DNA of 64,000 nucleotides, taken from NCBI GenBank assembly GCA_963777315.1, contig CAVZQC010000004.1:544001-608000 (forward strand), in the 5' to 3' direction. Source of the DNA: Vulcanimicrobiota bacterium (GTDB lineage: Bacteria > Vulcanimicrobiota > Vulcanimicrobiia > Vulcanimicrobiales > Vulcanimicrobiaceae). Positions 42,645 through 53,900 of this stretch are shown here, in pieces (position 1 is the stretch's first letter; every line of letters begins with the position of its first letter). The notes under the pieces were generated by a model, which was given only the letters and a program-made list of their open reading frames with translations, had not been told where the DNA came from and made no database searches. Both the position numbers and the translations under genes were made by a program.

Positions 42645-43676
42645 CTACTGCGCCTGTGTAAAATCGGACGGTACGCTGAAAAGCGCGTCGGCCTGCGATT
42701 TCGTGAGCCAGTTGACGTTCCCGCGCTGCGTGACGGTCTGGAAACGTCCCGAATTCTCGCCAGACATCATCGCCATGCTGTCATACAGTTCGAGCCGGTC
42801 TCCCGTACGCATCCAGTACGCCCCCGTTGCACCGCCTTTGATCGCCGGCTTACAGCCGCCGTGTACGACTGCCTCCACCGGCGTTGAGGCGGCAACGGTC
42901 GTTTTCGGCATCGGGCAGTAACGCCGCGGCACGCGAAGGTTCGAAACGTAACGCGTGCTCTGCACTTCGAATGAGCCGTTTTTGCACGAGCCGGTCGCAT
43001 TGGTCATCGACATTTTGGTCGTGTCGACCGAACCGGTCGTGGGGACGCCCTGAATGTTGAGGCCACCAAGACCCTTAGCCGTCGAGGCAATCGACAGGTC
43101 GACCGTGCCCGGCGCTTCGTTGATTTCCTGACGCTGATTGGCAGCCGGCATTGCGGGCGTGGGGCACGCCTGAGGTTTGCCTTGCGTGTCGACCGTTTTG
43201 TACGTCTTGTGCGCCAGGTCGAGCTGAATGAGCTGATGCTCGCGGCATTTGTCGATCGTCGCCGTCTTGTTCACGGGATCGTCCGTGCGAACCCAGCCGT
43301 TGTAGTACGCAAGGCGGGTGAGATGCCCGTTCTTCATCAGCGTCTGCACTTGGTTCGCTGCTTGCTGAACCTGCTGGCCCATGTTGGAGATGTTGCTCAT
43401 CAGACCGGCGAGGCCGCCGTGATGCTTGGCGGGTTCGGCCGAGGGCTGAGCTTGGGCATCCGCCATGACTTGCGCGTAGGCATCCGCAAAGCTGCCGGGT
43501 GGAGGCGGCGTCGCAGGGGCAAGGACCATCCGGACGATTTCGTCGTATTGCAGACCGGCGTATTTCGAGGCCGGCGCAGGCTTGTGCTTGGAAGGGGACG
43601 CGGCCGTGACGGGCAGCACCGCCAGCGCCAAACCGCAAATGCAGAGCGCCGCGCACAGAAGGGAACGATTGTGCAT
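42645..43676 (-). CDS. Secreted hypothetical protein
   Basis: AAGGAGG SD, signal peptide, 343-aa ORF; no family recognised. Confidence 0.75.
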   Translation of the reverse strand: MHNRSLLCAALCICGLALAVLPVTAASPSKHKPAPASKYAGLQYDEIVRMVLAPATPPPPGSFADAYAQVMADAQAQPSAEPAKHHGGLAGLMSNISNMGQQVQQAANQVQTLMKNGHLTRLAYYNGWVRTDDPVNKTATIDKCREHQLIQLDLAHKTYKTVDTQGKPQACPTPAMPAANQRQEINEAPGTVDLSIASTAKGLGGLNIQGVPTTGSVDTTKMSMTNATGSCKNGSFEVQSTRYVSNLRVPRRYCPMPKTTVAASTPVEAVVHGGCKPAIKGGATGAYWMRTGDRLELYDSMAMMSGENSGRFQTVTQRGNVNWLTKSQADALFSVPSDFTQAQ

Positions 43677-43759
43677 GTGTCCTCCTTAAAAAGGATGGGT
43701 TACATCCTGCGGCCCTTTTGCCGGGGGAGTGCCGATGCCTCGTCAAAAGCCTCTACTCG

Positions 43760-43987
43760 ATGAATACCGACGAGGTCCGAATCAAAGTGCGCGAAAGCGG
43801 TCCGTATTTGGTCACGGGCACCGTAACGCTTACCGACTGCGATGGTCGCCCCTATACCGTTACCGGGCAAAACATCGCCCTATGCCGCTGCGGCGGATCC
43901 GCTACGAAGCCGTTTTGCGACGCAAGCCACAAAAGCAACGGTTTTTGCGCCGTGGAACGCGCCTTGCCCGACAACAGCCTGGAGTAA
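43760..43987 (+). CDS. CDGSH iron-sulfur domain protein
   Basis: GPYLV.G..ALCRCGGS..KPFCDASH. Confidence 0.92.
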   Translation: MNTDEVRIKVRESGPYLVTGTVTLTDCDGRPYTVTGQNIALCRCGGSATKPFCDASHKSNGFCAVERALPDNSLE

Positions 43988-43992
43988 ACGCA

Positions 43993-45159
43993 ATGCCGTC
44001 ATACGTGCGCTGCGGCGAAGTGCCGCACAAGCGCCACATTCAATTCCGCCGTCCAGACGGCGGCCTGTACGCCGAAGAGCTGTTTTCGACCAAGGGCTTC
44101 GAAAGCGTTTACTCGCTGCTTTACCATCTTCGGCCGCCGACCGCAACGCTCGACGTGCGCGAGTGGAATCGCGCTCGGGTTCATCTGCAGCCCAACGAGC
44201 CGCTGCGCAACCGGCACTTCAAAACCGCCGGAATGCGCACGCAGGGCGATGCGCTGGAGTCACGCACGCCGCTGCTGGGCAATGCCGACCTGCTCATCTC
44301 GGTCGCCGACGCGCGCGAGCCGATGAAGTATTTCTACCGCAACGTCGGCGGCGACGAGCTGCTCTTCATACACTGGGGCGAGGGAACGCTGCAGACGACC
44401 TTCGGCGATTTGGCGTACCGCGCCCACGACTACGTCGTTATTCCCACCGGAACGACGTACCGGGTCCTTCCCGATTCGCCCACCCGCATGCTCGTTCATG
44501 AAAGCGCGGGGATGGTCCGCATTCCGCGCAAATACCGCAACGATTTCGGACAGCTGGAAGAGCATGCGCCCTACTACGAACGCGATTTTCGCGCGCCGGT
44601 TTTATCCGAGCCGGTCGACGAGCGCGGCGAGTTTGAAGTGCGCGTCTCCAACAACGGCCGCTGCGCAACGTACATCGTCCAAAACCATCCGTGCGACGTC
44701 GTCGGGTGGGACGGCTACTGTTACCCGTACGCGTTCAATCTCGAAGAATTTGCGCCGATCACCGGCAAACTGCATCAGCCGCCGCCGGCGCACGCGACGT
44801 TCGAAGCGCAGGGGGCGGCATTCTGCGCCTTCGTGCCGCGCATGTTCGACTATCATCCACTGGCCGTTCCGATACCGTACAACCATTCCAGCGTGGACTG
44901 CGACGAAGTGCTGTACTACGTGAGCGGCAATTTCATGAGCCGGCGCGGCGTCGAAGAAGGTTCGGTTACGCTGCATGCCGCCGGTGCGCCGCACGGGCCG
45001 CAGCCCGGGGCCGTGGAGGCGAGTTTAGGCAAGACGTCCACCGACGAAATCGCCGTCATGGTCGACACGTTCAAACCGCTTGAACTCGCGCAGCAGACTC
45101 TGCAGGTCGAGGACGCGAACTACTTTCGCTCGTGGGTACTCGAACCCGCAAAGACTTGA
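43993..45159 (+). CDS. hmgA: Homogentisate 1,2-dioxygenase
   Basis: PHKRH, SLLYH, DVVGWDG, HQPPP.H, PYNHSSVDCDEVLYY, HGPQPG. Confidence 0.93.
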   Translation: MPSYVRCGEVPHKRHIQFRRPDGGLYAEELFSTKGFESVYSLLYHLRPPTATLDVREWNRARVHLQPNEPLRNRHFKTAGMRTQGDALESRTPLLGNADLLISVADAREPMKYFYRNVGGDELLFIHWGEGTLQTTFGDLAYRAHDYVVIPTGTTYRVLPDSPTRMLVHESAGMVRIPRKYRNDFGQLEEHAPYYERDFRAPVLSEPVDERGEFEVRVSNNGRCATYIVQNHPCDVVGWDGYCYPYAFNLEEFAPITGKLHQPPPAHATFEAQGAAFCAFVPRMFDYHPLAVPIPYNHSSVDCDEVLYYVSGNFMSRRGVEEGSVTLHAAGAPHGPQPGAVEASLGKTSTDEIAVMVDTFKPLELAQQTLQVEDANYFRSWVLEPAKT

Positions 45160-45356
45160 AACGCGCCGAACAGCACGATCGTCACGACGATGGCGCCGAT
45201 CTCGCGCCAGATGAAAGCGTCCCATTCGTAGTGGATCGAGCGCTTTTCCGAAAGCTGCACCGCGGCATACGAGTGCTCGGCGATCATGTGCGAGCCTTTG
45301 CGGAACAAGAACGCATTGATCAGCGTGAGGACGAGCAGGAAGATCAGCCCGAGCAT
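45120..45356 (-). CDS. Small membrane protein with two TM helices
   Basis: Two hydrophobic stretches; ATG 2 nt after the fahA stop; overlaps the hmgA 3' end convergently by about 40 nt. Confidence 0.5.
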   Translation of the reverse strand: MLGLIFLLVLTLINAFLFRKGSHMIAEHSYAAVQLSEKRSIHYEWDAFIWREIGAIVVTIVLFGAFQVFAGSSTHERK

Positions 45357-45358
45357 GG

Positions 45359-46630
45359 TCAGACGCACGGCAGAATCGTACCCGTAACCGCGCCGAAGCC
45401 GATTCGCGGCTTGCCGGGCGCTTGACAGAATCCGCGCATCGTAACCGCGTCACCGTCTTCCAGAAACGAACGTGATTCGCCCGACGGCAACGTCAGCGGC
45501 CGGGATCCGCGCCACGTCAACTCGATCAGACTGCCGTAACTGCCGGGTGCCGCTCCGGAGATCGTTCCCGAAGCGTACAGATCGCCCGCGCGCACGGCCG
45601 TTCCGTTCACCGTGACGTGGGCAAGTTGCTGGGCCATGTTCCAGTACATGTCTTTGAAGTTGGAGCGCGAGACGACTTCGGCCCCGATGCCGGCTTCACG
45701 CATCGCGCGCGTTTGCAATTCCACGAACAGTTGCACGTCGAAGTTCCAGGGAAGCTCGCAGCGTAAGTACGCCGGCGGCTCGGGTTGCTGCACGGGGCCT
45801 GCGATCCGGTACGGCTCGAGCGCATCCAACGTGACGACCCAGGGCGAGATCGACGTGGCGAACGATTTGCCCAAAAACGGCCCCAGCGGCTGATACTCCC
45901 ACGCCTGGATATCGCGCGCGCTCCAGTCGTTCACGAGTACCAAGCCGAAGATGTGTTCGTCCGCGCGTTCCACGGGTATGCGCGTACCCAGCGCGTTGCC
46001 CGCCCCCGTGACGAAGCCGACCTCGAGCTCGACGTCGAGCATGCGCGTCGGCCCGAATGTCGGAGCGGGCGCGTCCGGGGATTTTTGCTGTCCGCTCGGG
46101 CGAACGATCGCCGTTCCGTCCACGACGACGGTGCTCGAACGCCCGTGATACCCGATCGGCAGCCAACGCCAGTTCGGCAGAAGCGGCTGCGCGTCGGGCC
46201 GAAAGATTTTGCCTAAATTCGTCGCGTGCTCGAGCGATGAATAAAAATCGACGTAATCGCCCACTTCGAACGGCAGCGCCATGCGTACGTCCCCCTGCGC
46301 GACGTGCAGCGAATCCCGGTTGACGCCTGCGAGCAACTCGGTATCTTTGCGCAGCAGCGCCCAAGCGCGCGCGCGTAGCGCGTCCCAGACCGCACGGCCC
46401 GCGTCGAGCAGCGGGTTGAGCGAGCCCGCGCGCAAGACGTGACCGGAATCGATGCCGGCAAACAGTCCCGCATCGCACGCCGCGTGCAGGTCGAAAATGC
46501 GTTCGCCGATCGCCATGCCCACGTGCCGTTCGCCGGTCGCGGCAAACACGCCGTACGGCAAATTCTGCAGCGGAAAATCGGAGGCGGCCGGCGTGTCGAT
46601 CCAGGACTCCGTGAGGTCCTTCGACCTCAC
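45359..46630 (-). CDS. fahA: Fumarylacetoacetase
   Basis: DFPLQNLPYG, DYVDFYSSLEHA, YHGRSS, NDWSARDIQAWEYQPLGPF. Confidence 0.96.
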   Translation of the reverse strand: MRSKDLTESWIDTPAASDFPLQNLPYGVFAATGERHVGMAIGERIFDLHAACDAGLFAGIDSGHVLRAGSLNPLLDAGRAVWDALRARAWALLRKDTELLAGVNRDSLHVAQGDVRMALPFEVGDYVDFYSSLEHATNLGKIFRPDAQPLLPNWRWLPIGYHGRSSTVVVDGTAIVRPSGQQKSPDAPAPTFGPTRMLDVELEVGFVTGAGNALGTRIPVERADEHIFGLVLVNDWSARDIQAWEYQPLGPFLGKSFATSISPWVVTLDALEPYRIAGPVQQPEPPAYLRCELPWNFDVQLFVELQTRAMREAGIGAEVVSRSNFKDMYWNMAQQLAHVTVNGTAVRAGDLYASGTISGAAPGSYGSLIELTWRGSRPLTLPSGESRSFLEDGDAVTMRGFCQAPGKPRIGFGAVTGTILPCV

Positions 46631-47508
46631 AGGATTCCCATCGCCCGCAAGTCGTCGACGGGTTCGGCGAAGCTGCAGCTGCCGTAAGCCACGAACGCTT
46701 CACGGCGCGTCGCCTGCAATTCGCGCACGCCGATCGCGTAATTCGCATAGCGAAGTCCGTCCTGCTCGAAAGCGAATCGGGCGGGATCTTCGCAGGCGAG
46801 CGTCTGCGTAAGGACTTCAACGGACTCGCCCGATCGCGCGAGCGCGGTTGCCGTGAGCAGATTGAGAAATCCGTGCATCGGAAAGCCGGCCGGATCGACG
46901 TGCCTGATCGGATGGTGCAGCCCGGCCGTGGCTTTGAACGGCACCTTATGGCGGCACGCCCAGTACACGAATGCAGCCAGCTCCGCCGGTGTGGGAAACG
47001 CCTGCCGATGCAACCCTCCGCAGCGGACCTTTGCGCTCAAACCTTGTTCCGCCAACTCGGCCATGGCGAGCGGTATGGTGCTCTGCCAATCCTCGACGCG
47101 CGCAAGCTCGACGAATGCCGGAATCCGGCTAAAGCGCGAGGACGCACGCGCTCGCGCGAACGCGCGAATGCGATCGGCTTGGACGGCGGTCTCGAGCGCC
47201 TGTACGCCGGCGCGAGGCTGCGCTTCGCTCAGCCGGTCGAGCTGCGCGAGCGCTTCGGAGTCTGGATCCACGATCGTGCTGAGCCCTACGGCGGCGTCCC
47301 CGGGCAAACATTCGAGCAATTCGGGCATGCGAGCCGACGCAACGATGAACCGGCCGAGCATCCACGAGTGAGCCCCTTGCCTTGCTTGGGCGTACTCTGC
47401 CGCGGCTTCCCGCACCGAAAGACCTGCCGGCGGGAAAAGCCCCGCATAATCGATGAGCGCCTCGAACGCGGCGCGCACTCCCGGCATCGGCGTGGCCGAA
47501 GTCGTCAT
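46627..47508 (-). CDS. Conserved hypothetical protein coupled to fahA
   Basis: LIDYAGLFPP, KVRCGG, FKATAGLHHP, HGFLN, GSCSF.EP; GTGA overlap with fahA. Confidence 0.8.
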   Translation of the reverse strand: MTTSATPMPGVRAAFEALIDYAGLFPPAGLSVREAAAEYAQARQGAHSWMLGRFIVASARMPELLECLPGDAAVGLSTIVDPDSEALAQLDRLSEAQPRAGVQALETAVQADRIRAFARARASSRFSRIPAFVELARVEDWQSTIPLAMAELAEQGLSAKVRCGGLHRQAFPTPAELAAFVYWACRHKVPFKATAGLHHPIRHVDPAGFPMHGFLNLLTATALARSGESVEVLTQTLACEDPARFAFEQDGLRYANYAIGVRELQATRREAFVAYGSCSFAEPVDDLRAMGIL

Positions 47509-47549
47509 GACAGGGCGGCTTCGGTCGGCTCGCAAAGTGCCCTTCTATC

Positions 47550-48665
47550 ATGGCTACGCTCACTTCGGCCAAGAGCAATCCGCTCGCGCAAATCGATTGG
47601 GACTACATCGAATTCTACGTCGGCAACGCCAAACAAGCGGCGTACTATTACTGCTCGGCATTCGGTTTCGAGCGCGTCGCCTACGCGGGTCCCGAAACAG
47701 GCGTCAAAGATCGTGCGTCGTACGTGCTCGTGCAGAACAGTCTGCGCTTCGTCCTGACTTCAGGCTTAGTGCCCGATGGTGAGATCACCGCTCACGTTGC
47801 GCGCCACGGCGACGGCGTCAAGGACGTCGCAATCGTGGTGCGGGATGCCAAAGGCGCATTTCAGGCGGCGATCGCCGGCGGAGCCAAAGCGATCCTGGAG
47901 CCGACCGAATACCGCGACGAACATGGGTGCGTCATAAAAGCGACCATTGCCACGTACGGCGACACCGTGCACAGCTTCGTTCAGCGCGATGGATACAGCG
48001 GCGCCTTCATGCCCGGCTACGTCGCCGATCCTCGATCGCTCGATCGAGTGCACTCACCCGGCCTGCTGTTCGTCGACCACTGCGTGGGAAACGTGAGCTG
48101 GGGCGAAATGGATCCCTGGGGCGACTTTTACGCGCGCGTCTTCGGCTTCTCTCAGCTCATTTCGTTCGACGACAAGGACATTTCGACCGAATACACCGCC
48201 CTCAAGTCCAAAGTCATGACCGACGAGCGGCATCGCGTGAAGTTTCCCATCAACGAGCCTGCGCACGGCAAAAAGAAATCGCAGATCGAGGAGTACCTGG
48301 ACTTCTATGGCGGTCCCGGCGTGCAGCACATCGCGATCCGCACGGACGACATCATCTCGACGATTCAAGCGCTCAAGGCCAACGGCGTGGAATTCCTCGA
48401 CACGCCGGACAGCTACTACGACGAGCTGGAGGCGCGCGTCGGGCGCATCGATGAGGCGATGCAGGCTCTGCGCGAGCTGCGGATTCTCGTCGACCGCGAC
48501 GATATGGGCTACATGCTCCAGATCTTCACCAAACCGCTCGGCGACCGGCCCACCGTGTTTTTCGAAATCATTCAGCGCAAGGGCAGCTTGAGTTTCGGCA
48601 AAGGCAATTTCCGCGCGCTTTTCGTTTCGATCGAAAAAGAACAGGAAAAGCGCGGGACCTTGTAA
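47550..48665 (+). CDS. hppD: 4-hydroxyphenylpyruvate dioxygenase
   Basis: DHCVGN, FPINEP, SQIEEYL, GVQHIA, LQIFTKP, FFEIIQRKG..FGKGNF. Confidence 0.97.
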   Translation: MATLTSAKSNPLAQIDWDYIEFYVGNAKQAAYYYCSAFGFERVAYAGPETGVKDRASYVLVQNSLRFVLTSGLVPDGEITAHVARHGDGVKDVAIVVRDAKGAFQAAIAGGAKAILEPTEYRDEHGCVIKATIATYGDTVHSFVQRDGYSGAFMPGYVADPRSLDRVHSPGLLFVDHCVGNVSWGEMDPWGDFYARVFGFSQLISFDDKDISTEYTALKSKVMTDERHRVKFPINEPAHGKKKSQIEEYLDFYGGPGVQHIAIRTDDIISTIQALKANGVEFLDTPDSYYDELEARVGRIDEAMQALRELRILVDRDDMGYMLQIFTKPLGDRPTVFFEIIQRKGSLSFGKGNFRALFVSIEKEQEKRGTL

Positions 48666-49540
48666 TGGCTCTCGTCGATGCCGTGATGGTCGAAGCGCGC
48701 GCGGGCGCGCTGGCGAAACGCTCGATAAAGACCACTGCTAAACTGGCCGGCATCCGTTTAGCGATCCAGTGCACGGATCTGACGACTCTGGAGGGGCGCG
48801 ATTCCGAAGGCCGCGTGCGTTCGCTGTGCGCCAAAGCGCGCAACCCTGCCCCGCAATGGCCCGACGTGCCGGCCGTAGCGGCGGTGTGCGTCTATCCGAG
48901 CCTGGTCGCCGTGGCGAAACAAGCGCTGCGCGGTTCCGCCGTCAAGGTCGCGTCGGTCGCCACCGCGTTTCCGAGCGGACTGTCCGCGCTGGACGTCAAG
49001 CTCGCCGACGCACAGGCCGCAATCGATGCCGGCGCCGACGAGCTGGACATGGTGATCGATCGCGGTGCGTTTTTGTCCGGACGGTATTCCGAGGTATTCG
49101 AGGAGATCGTCGCGGTCAAACGCGTGTGCGCCGATATTCCCCTCAAGGTGATCTTGGAAACCGGCGAACTGGGCAGCTACGCCAACGTGCGGGCCGCGAG
49201 CGATCTCGCGCTGCAGGCCGGAGCCGACTTCATCAAAACCTCCACCGGCAAGGTGACGACGAATGCGACGTTCCCGGTGGCGGTCACGATGTGCGAGGCG
49301 ATTCGCGACTACGCGCGCGCGAGCGGGCGGCGCGCCGGCTTGAAGGTCGCAGGCGGATGCCGTACCAGCAAACAAGCCCTGACGTATCTGGTCATCGTGA
49401 AAGAAACCTTGGGCGAAGCGTGGCTGAACCCCGACCGATTCCGCATCGGCGCGAGTTCGCTGCTGGACGATTTGCTGATGCAGTACGAAAAAGAACTGAC
49501 CGGCAATTACGCCGGCCCCGACTATTTTCCCAAAGACTGA
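48665..49540 (+). CDS. deoC: Deoxyribose-phosphate aldolase
   Basis: DLTTL, AAVCVYP, GADELDMV, LKVILETG, ADFIKTSTGK, RIGASSL. Confidence 0.95.
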   Translation: MALVDAVMVEARAGALAKRSIKTTAKLAGIRLAIQCTDLTTLEGRDSEGRVRSLCAKARNPAPQWPDVPAVAAVCVYPSLVAVAKQALRGSAVKVASVATAFPSGLSALDVKLADAQAAIDAGADELDMVIDRGAFLSGRYSEVFEEIVAVKRVCADIPLKVILETGELGSYANVRAASDLALQAGADFIKTSTGKVTTNATFPVAVTMCEAIRDYARASGRRAGLKVAGGCRTSKQALTYLVIVKETLGEAWLNPDRFRIGASSLLDDLLMQYEKELTGNYAGPDYFPKD

Positions 49541-49542
49541 CG

Positions 49543-50979
49543 ATGGCGATTTTCGAGTACGCGCCCGCACCCGAAACGACTAAGGCGAACATTCGCGAGC
49601 GGTACGGTCTGTTCGTGGGCGGCCGGTGGGTCGCCCCGGAAAGCGGCCGGTACTTTGAGACCGTCAATCCGGCCAACGAAGAGCCGCTGGCCGGAGTTGC
49701 GTACGCAAACGCGGCCGACGTCGACAGGGCGGTTGGCAGCGCGCGCCAAGCGTACGAGAAGTACTGGCGCAAAATGCGCCCCGCTGATCGCGCGAAGTAC
49801 CTTTACCGCATCGCGCGCGCCATAACCGAGCGATCGCGCGAGCTGGCGGTTCTGGAAACGCTCGACGGCGGCAAGCCGATCAAGGAATCGCGCGATTTCG
49901 ACATCCCGACGTCGGCAGCGCACTTCTTCTATTATGCCGGCTGGGCGGACAAACTCGAATGGGCAATGCGTGCCGGTCGCGAACCGCGTGCGTTGGGCGT
50001 GGCCGGTCAAATCGTGCCGTGGAACTTTCCGCTGCTCATGGCCGCGTGGAAGATCGCTCCCGCACTCGCGTGCGGCAACACCGTCGTTCTCAAGCCGGCA
50101 GAAACCACGCCCCTTACGGCGCTCGCCCTCGCGCAAATCGTTCAAGAAGCGGATTTGCCCCCGGGCGCCGTCAACGTCGTAACCGGTGACGGTGCAACCG
50201 GAGCTGCGCTCGTGGAACACGACGGCGTCGACAAGATCGCCTTCACGGGTTCGACGCAAGTCGGTAAGGCGATTGCGCGGTCGCTGGCAGGTAAGGACAC
50301 GCGCCTGACCTTGGAACTGGGCGGAAAGGCCGCGCACATCGTGTTTGCGGACGCGCCGCTCGATCAAGCCGTCGAAGGCATCATCAACGGAATCTACTTC
50401 AACCAAGGACACGTGTGCTGCGCCGGCTCGCGCCTGCTGGTAGAGGAGCGCGTTCACGATGAAATCATCGTGCGGCTCACGGATCGCCTGCAAAGCCTGC
50501 GCTTGGGCGATCCGCTGGACAAGAACACCGACATCGGCGCGATCAATTCGCGCGCGCAGTTGGACAAGATCCACGAGCTGGTGCGCAGCGGAATCGATCA
50601 GGGCGCGATCCTGGTTCAGCAATCGTGCACGCTTCCCGAACGCGGCTTCTATTTTCCGGCTTCGTTCTTTACCGGGGTGCAGCAGTCGCACCGCATCGCC
50701 CGCGAAGAGATTTTCGGCCCCGTCCTTTCCGTGCTGACGTTCCGCACGCCCGAAGAAGCCATTGAGAAAGCGAACAACACGCCGTACGGACTCTCGGCCG
50801 GCATTTGGACGAACGAGGGAAGCAAGAACATGTACGTCGCGGGCCACATGCGAGCCGGCGTCGTGTGGTGCAACACGTTCAATCAGTTCGATCCCGCTTC
50901 GCCGTTCGGCGGGTATCGTGAGTCGGGCTTCGGCCGCGAAGGCGGCGTTCACGGACTATATGAGTACTTGGCTCACTGA
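49543..50979 (+). CDS. Aldehyde dehydrogenase (deoC-linked type)
   Basis: [37 protein letters not shown]. Confidence 0.95.
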   Translation: MAIFEYAPAPETTKANIRERYGLFVGGRWVAPESGRYFETVNPANEEPLAGVAYANAADVDRAVGSARQAYEKYWRKMRPADRAKYLYRIARAITERSRELAVLETLDGGKPIKESRDFDIPTSAAHFFYYAGWADKLEWAMRAGREPRALGVAGQIVPWNFPLLMAAWKIAPALACGNTVVLKPAETTPLTALALAQIVQEADLPPGAVNVVTGDGATGAALVEHDGVDKIAFTGSTQVGKAIARSLAGKDTRLTLELGGKAAHIVFADAPLDQAVEGIINGIYFNQGHVCCAGSRLLVEERVHDEIIVRLTDRLQSLRLGDPLDKNTDIGAINSRAQLDKIHELVRSGIDQGAILVQQSCTLPERGFYFPASFFTGVQQSHRIAREEIFGPVLSVLTFRTPEEAIEKANNTPYGLSAGIWTNEGSKNMYVAGHMRAGVVWCNTFNQFDPASPFGGYRESGFGREGGVHGLYEYLAH

Positions 50980-53900
50980 CCGGCGCGCGTTCGAATCGCT
51001 CTTCAGCGCTGCGCCCAACGGCATCGTCGCGATCGACCCCCAAGGCCGGATAGTCGACTGCAACCCCGCCTGCACGCTTTTGGGCGGACACAGCCGCGCG
51101 GATTTGCTGGGCCGAGACGTTCGCGAATTCGGAGGTCCGCAGTGGGCCGCATCCGTGCAGGAAGTGCTCACGGCGGCCGACGTCGGCAAAACGCTGCGGC
51201 GCGATTTCGAGATGATCCGTCGCGACGGGACGCTGATGAACGGACGGATTACCGGAATCCCGGTGATCGACGGCGACACTAGCGTTCACTTGTTTTTACT
51301 GGTCGAAGACGTCACGTCGCGCATGCAGGCCGAGCGTTCGCTGGAGATCGTTCAGCGCGAACTGCGCGCGATTTTAGACAACATGCCTGCGGCGATCGTG
51401 CTCTTCGACGTCGGGCAGACGATCATCGACGTCAATCCGGCAGCGCTGGACATCAGCGGCTACACGCGGGAAGAGGCGCTCGGCTTGCGCCTGCGCGAGT
51501 TCGTCGTCCCGGATAGCCACGCAGAAGTCGGGCGCGCGTTCCAAGCCGCTCTGGCCGGCAGCGTGGGCCGTGCAAGAGTTCGCGCCCGCGACGTGCGCGG
51601 TTCCGATTTGTTTTTCGACGTCACGCACGTGCCGATGTACGGGGGCGACGAAGTCGTCGGCGTATTCGCGCTGCTGGACAACATCACGCAGCAGACCCGC
51701 GCCCGCGACGAGATAGCGCACCTTCGCCGGAACTTCCAGTTGCTGTTCGAGCATAATCCCGCCGTCGTCATCGCCGTCGATACGCAGACGAGGATTACGG
51801 ACGTCAACACGGCCGGAATACGCACGACCGGCTACGCGCGTGAAGAGATCGTCGGCAAAGAAGCAGCCTCGTTCGTGCCGCCTTCGCGCAGGGAAGAGCT
51901 CGACCGATATTTGCAGCAGGCGCTGCGCGGAGAGAGCGTTGCCTTCGACATCGACGCCTATGCCGTCGATGGGCACCTGATCGAATACCGCGCCACCGCG
52001 CTGCCGATCGTTTCGCATAATCGCGTCGTGGGAGTCTACGGGCTGCTCGAAAACGTAACGGAACGGCTGCACGCGGAACGGACGGTGGCGGCCCAGCGCG
52101 AGGAGTTGCTCGATCTCGAGCACGACTTCCGCTCGCTGTTCGAGCGCAATCCGGACGGCATGTGTCTGCTCTCCAAAGACGGCACCATTCTAGACATCAA
52201 CGAGATGGCCGCGCGGATGAGCGGACGCGCACGCGAAGAGATCCTCGGGCAGAATTTCAACGCGTTCGTGCAGGCAGGCGATCGCGAACGAGGCTGGGGC
52301 TTCTTCTGCCGCGCGCTCGACGGCCAACCGGTGCGCTACGAAATTTCTTCGTCGCGCGCCGACGGCGGGGAGCTCATCCTGGACGCGACGCTGTTCCCCA
52401 AATACGTTCAAGGGATCGTCATCGGCGTGTACTGCGTTTTCCAGGACATTACGGGACGCCGCGTGGCGCACCGCAAACTGGAAATGCAGGCGCAGCGCAT
52501 ACGCGACCTCTACCTGCTGGCGACCGCACCGGAATTCGGCGACGCGCACATCCTTTCCGCGCTGCAGACCGGATGCCGGCTGCTGGGCACCGAAAGCGGC
52601 GCGATCGTCGACGTGACGCAAGAGCCTCGCCTGGACATGCGCTACGACTCGTTGGAGCTGTTTGCCGGACACGATGCGCGGGTGCTGGCCTTGGCAGCCG
52701 CCGTGCTCGAAAAGCGGGATTCCGTCGTATCGTTCGTCGGTCGGCCTGAGCCCGAGGGATACGGCACCTACATCGCAACGCGCCTGACGATAGGCTCCGC
52801 GCTTCACGGTGTGCTGGTGTTCTTTTCGCACACCCGGCGCGACCACGACTTCGAAGAGACCGATCACGACACCCTTGCGCTCATGGCCGCTTTGCTCGGC
52901 GCGGCGCTCGAACGGCGCAGCACGCGATCGCGCCTGCATACCATGGCGTATTACGATGCGCTCACGGGTTTGCCCAACCGCCTGTTTTTCCAAGAACGGC
53001 TCAAAGAAGCCGTTTCACGGGATGCCGCACCCGCCGAACCGCTTGCGGTGCTGTTCTTCGATTTGGACCGCTTCAAAGACATCAACGATTCACTCGGGCA
53101 CGCCATGGGCGATCGCTTTCTGCAGATGGTGGCCGGCCGGCTCGTACGCGCCGTGGGCGAGGACGGGCTGGTCGCGCGCATGGGCGGCGACGAATTCGTC
53201 GTGCTGCTGCGAGGCTGCCGCGATGCCGATCAGGTTCGAACGTTTGCCGACACGCTGCTGCACGGCGTCGATCAGCCGTACCGCCTGGAAGGCTACGAAC
53301 AGTTCATGACCACCAGCATCGGCGTTTCGATGTACCCGCAGGACGGTCGCGACGAACAGTCCTTGATAAAAAACGCCGACATTGCGATGTACCAGGCCAA
53401 GGATCGCGGCGGCAACTCGTACTTCCTCTACAACGATTCGCTGGAACGCCCGCTGCGCACGCGTTTGGAGCAGGAAAAGCACATCCGCCGCGCCATCGAA
53501 CGCGAGGAATTCATCGTCCACTTTCAGCCCATCGTGGACGTGGCGACCGAGCGCATCGTCAGCGTCGAAGCGCTGGTGCGCTGGCAAGACCCGCAGCGCG
53601 GGCTGATTTTTCCCGACGACTTCATCCCCAGCGCCGAGGCCAGCGGGCTGGTCGTTCAACTGGGCGAGCTCGTCATAGCCGCCGCGGCGGCTCAAGTGCG
53701 TGATTGGCAGCGGCGCATCGGACCGTTATCGCTCGCGGTCAACATTTCGGCGCGCCAGTTTCATCAGCCGGACCTGTGCCGCCGGCTGCTCGACACGCTG
53801 CAGCGCGTCGATCTCGATCCGCACACCGTCGAATGCGAAATAACCGAAAGTATGGCACTCTCCGACGTTAGCCATGCCATAGAAACCGTGCGGCAGCTCA

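Noticed and set aside
48769..49542. Long N-terminal extensions in the ORF track (aldehyde dehydrogenase, wecB, rdgB, icd, ABC binding protein) suggesting fusions
   Set aside because: They are alternate-frame read-through of upstream genes in high-GC DNA; proper starts exist at the gene junctions
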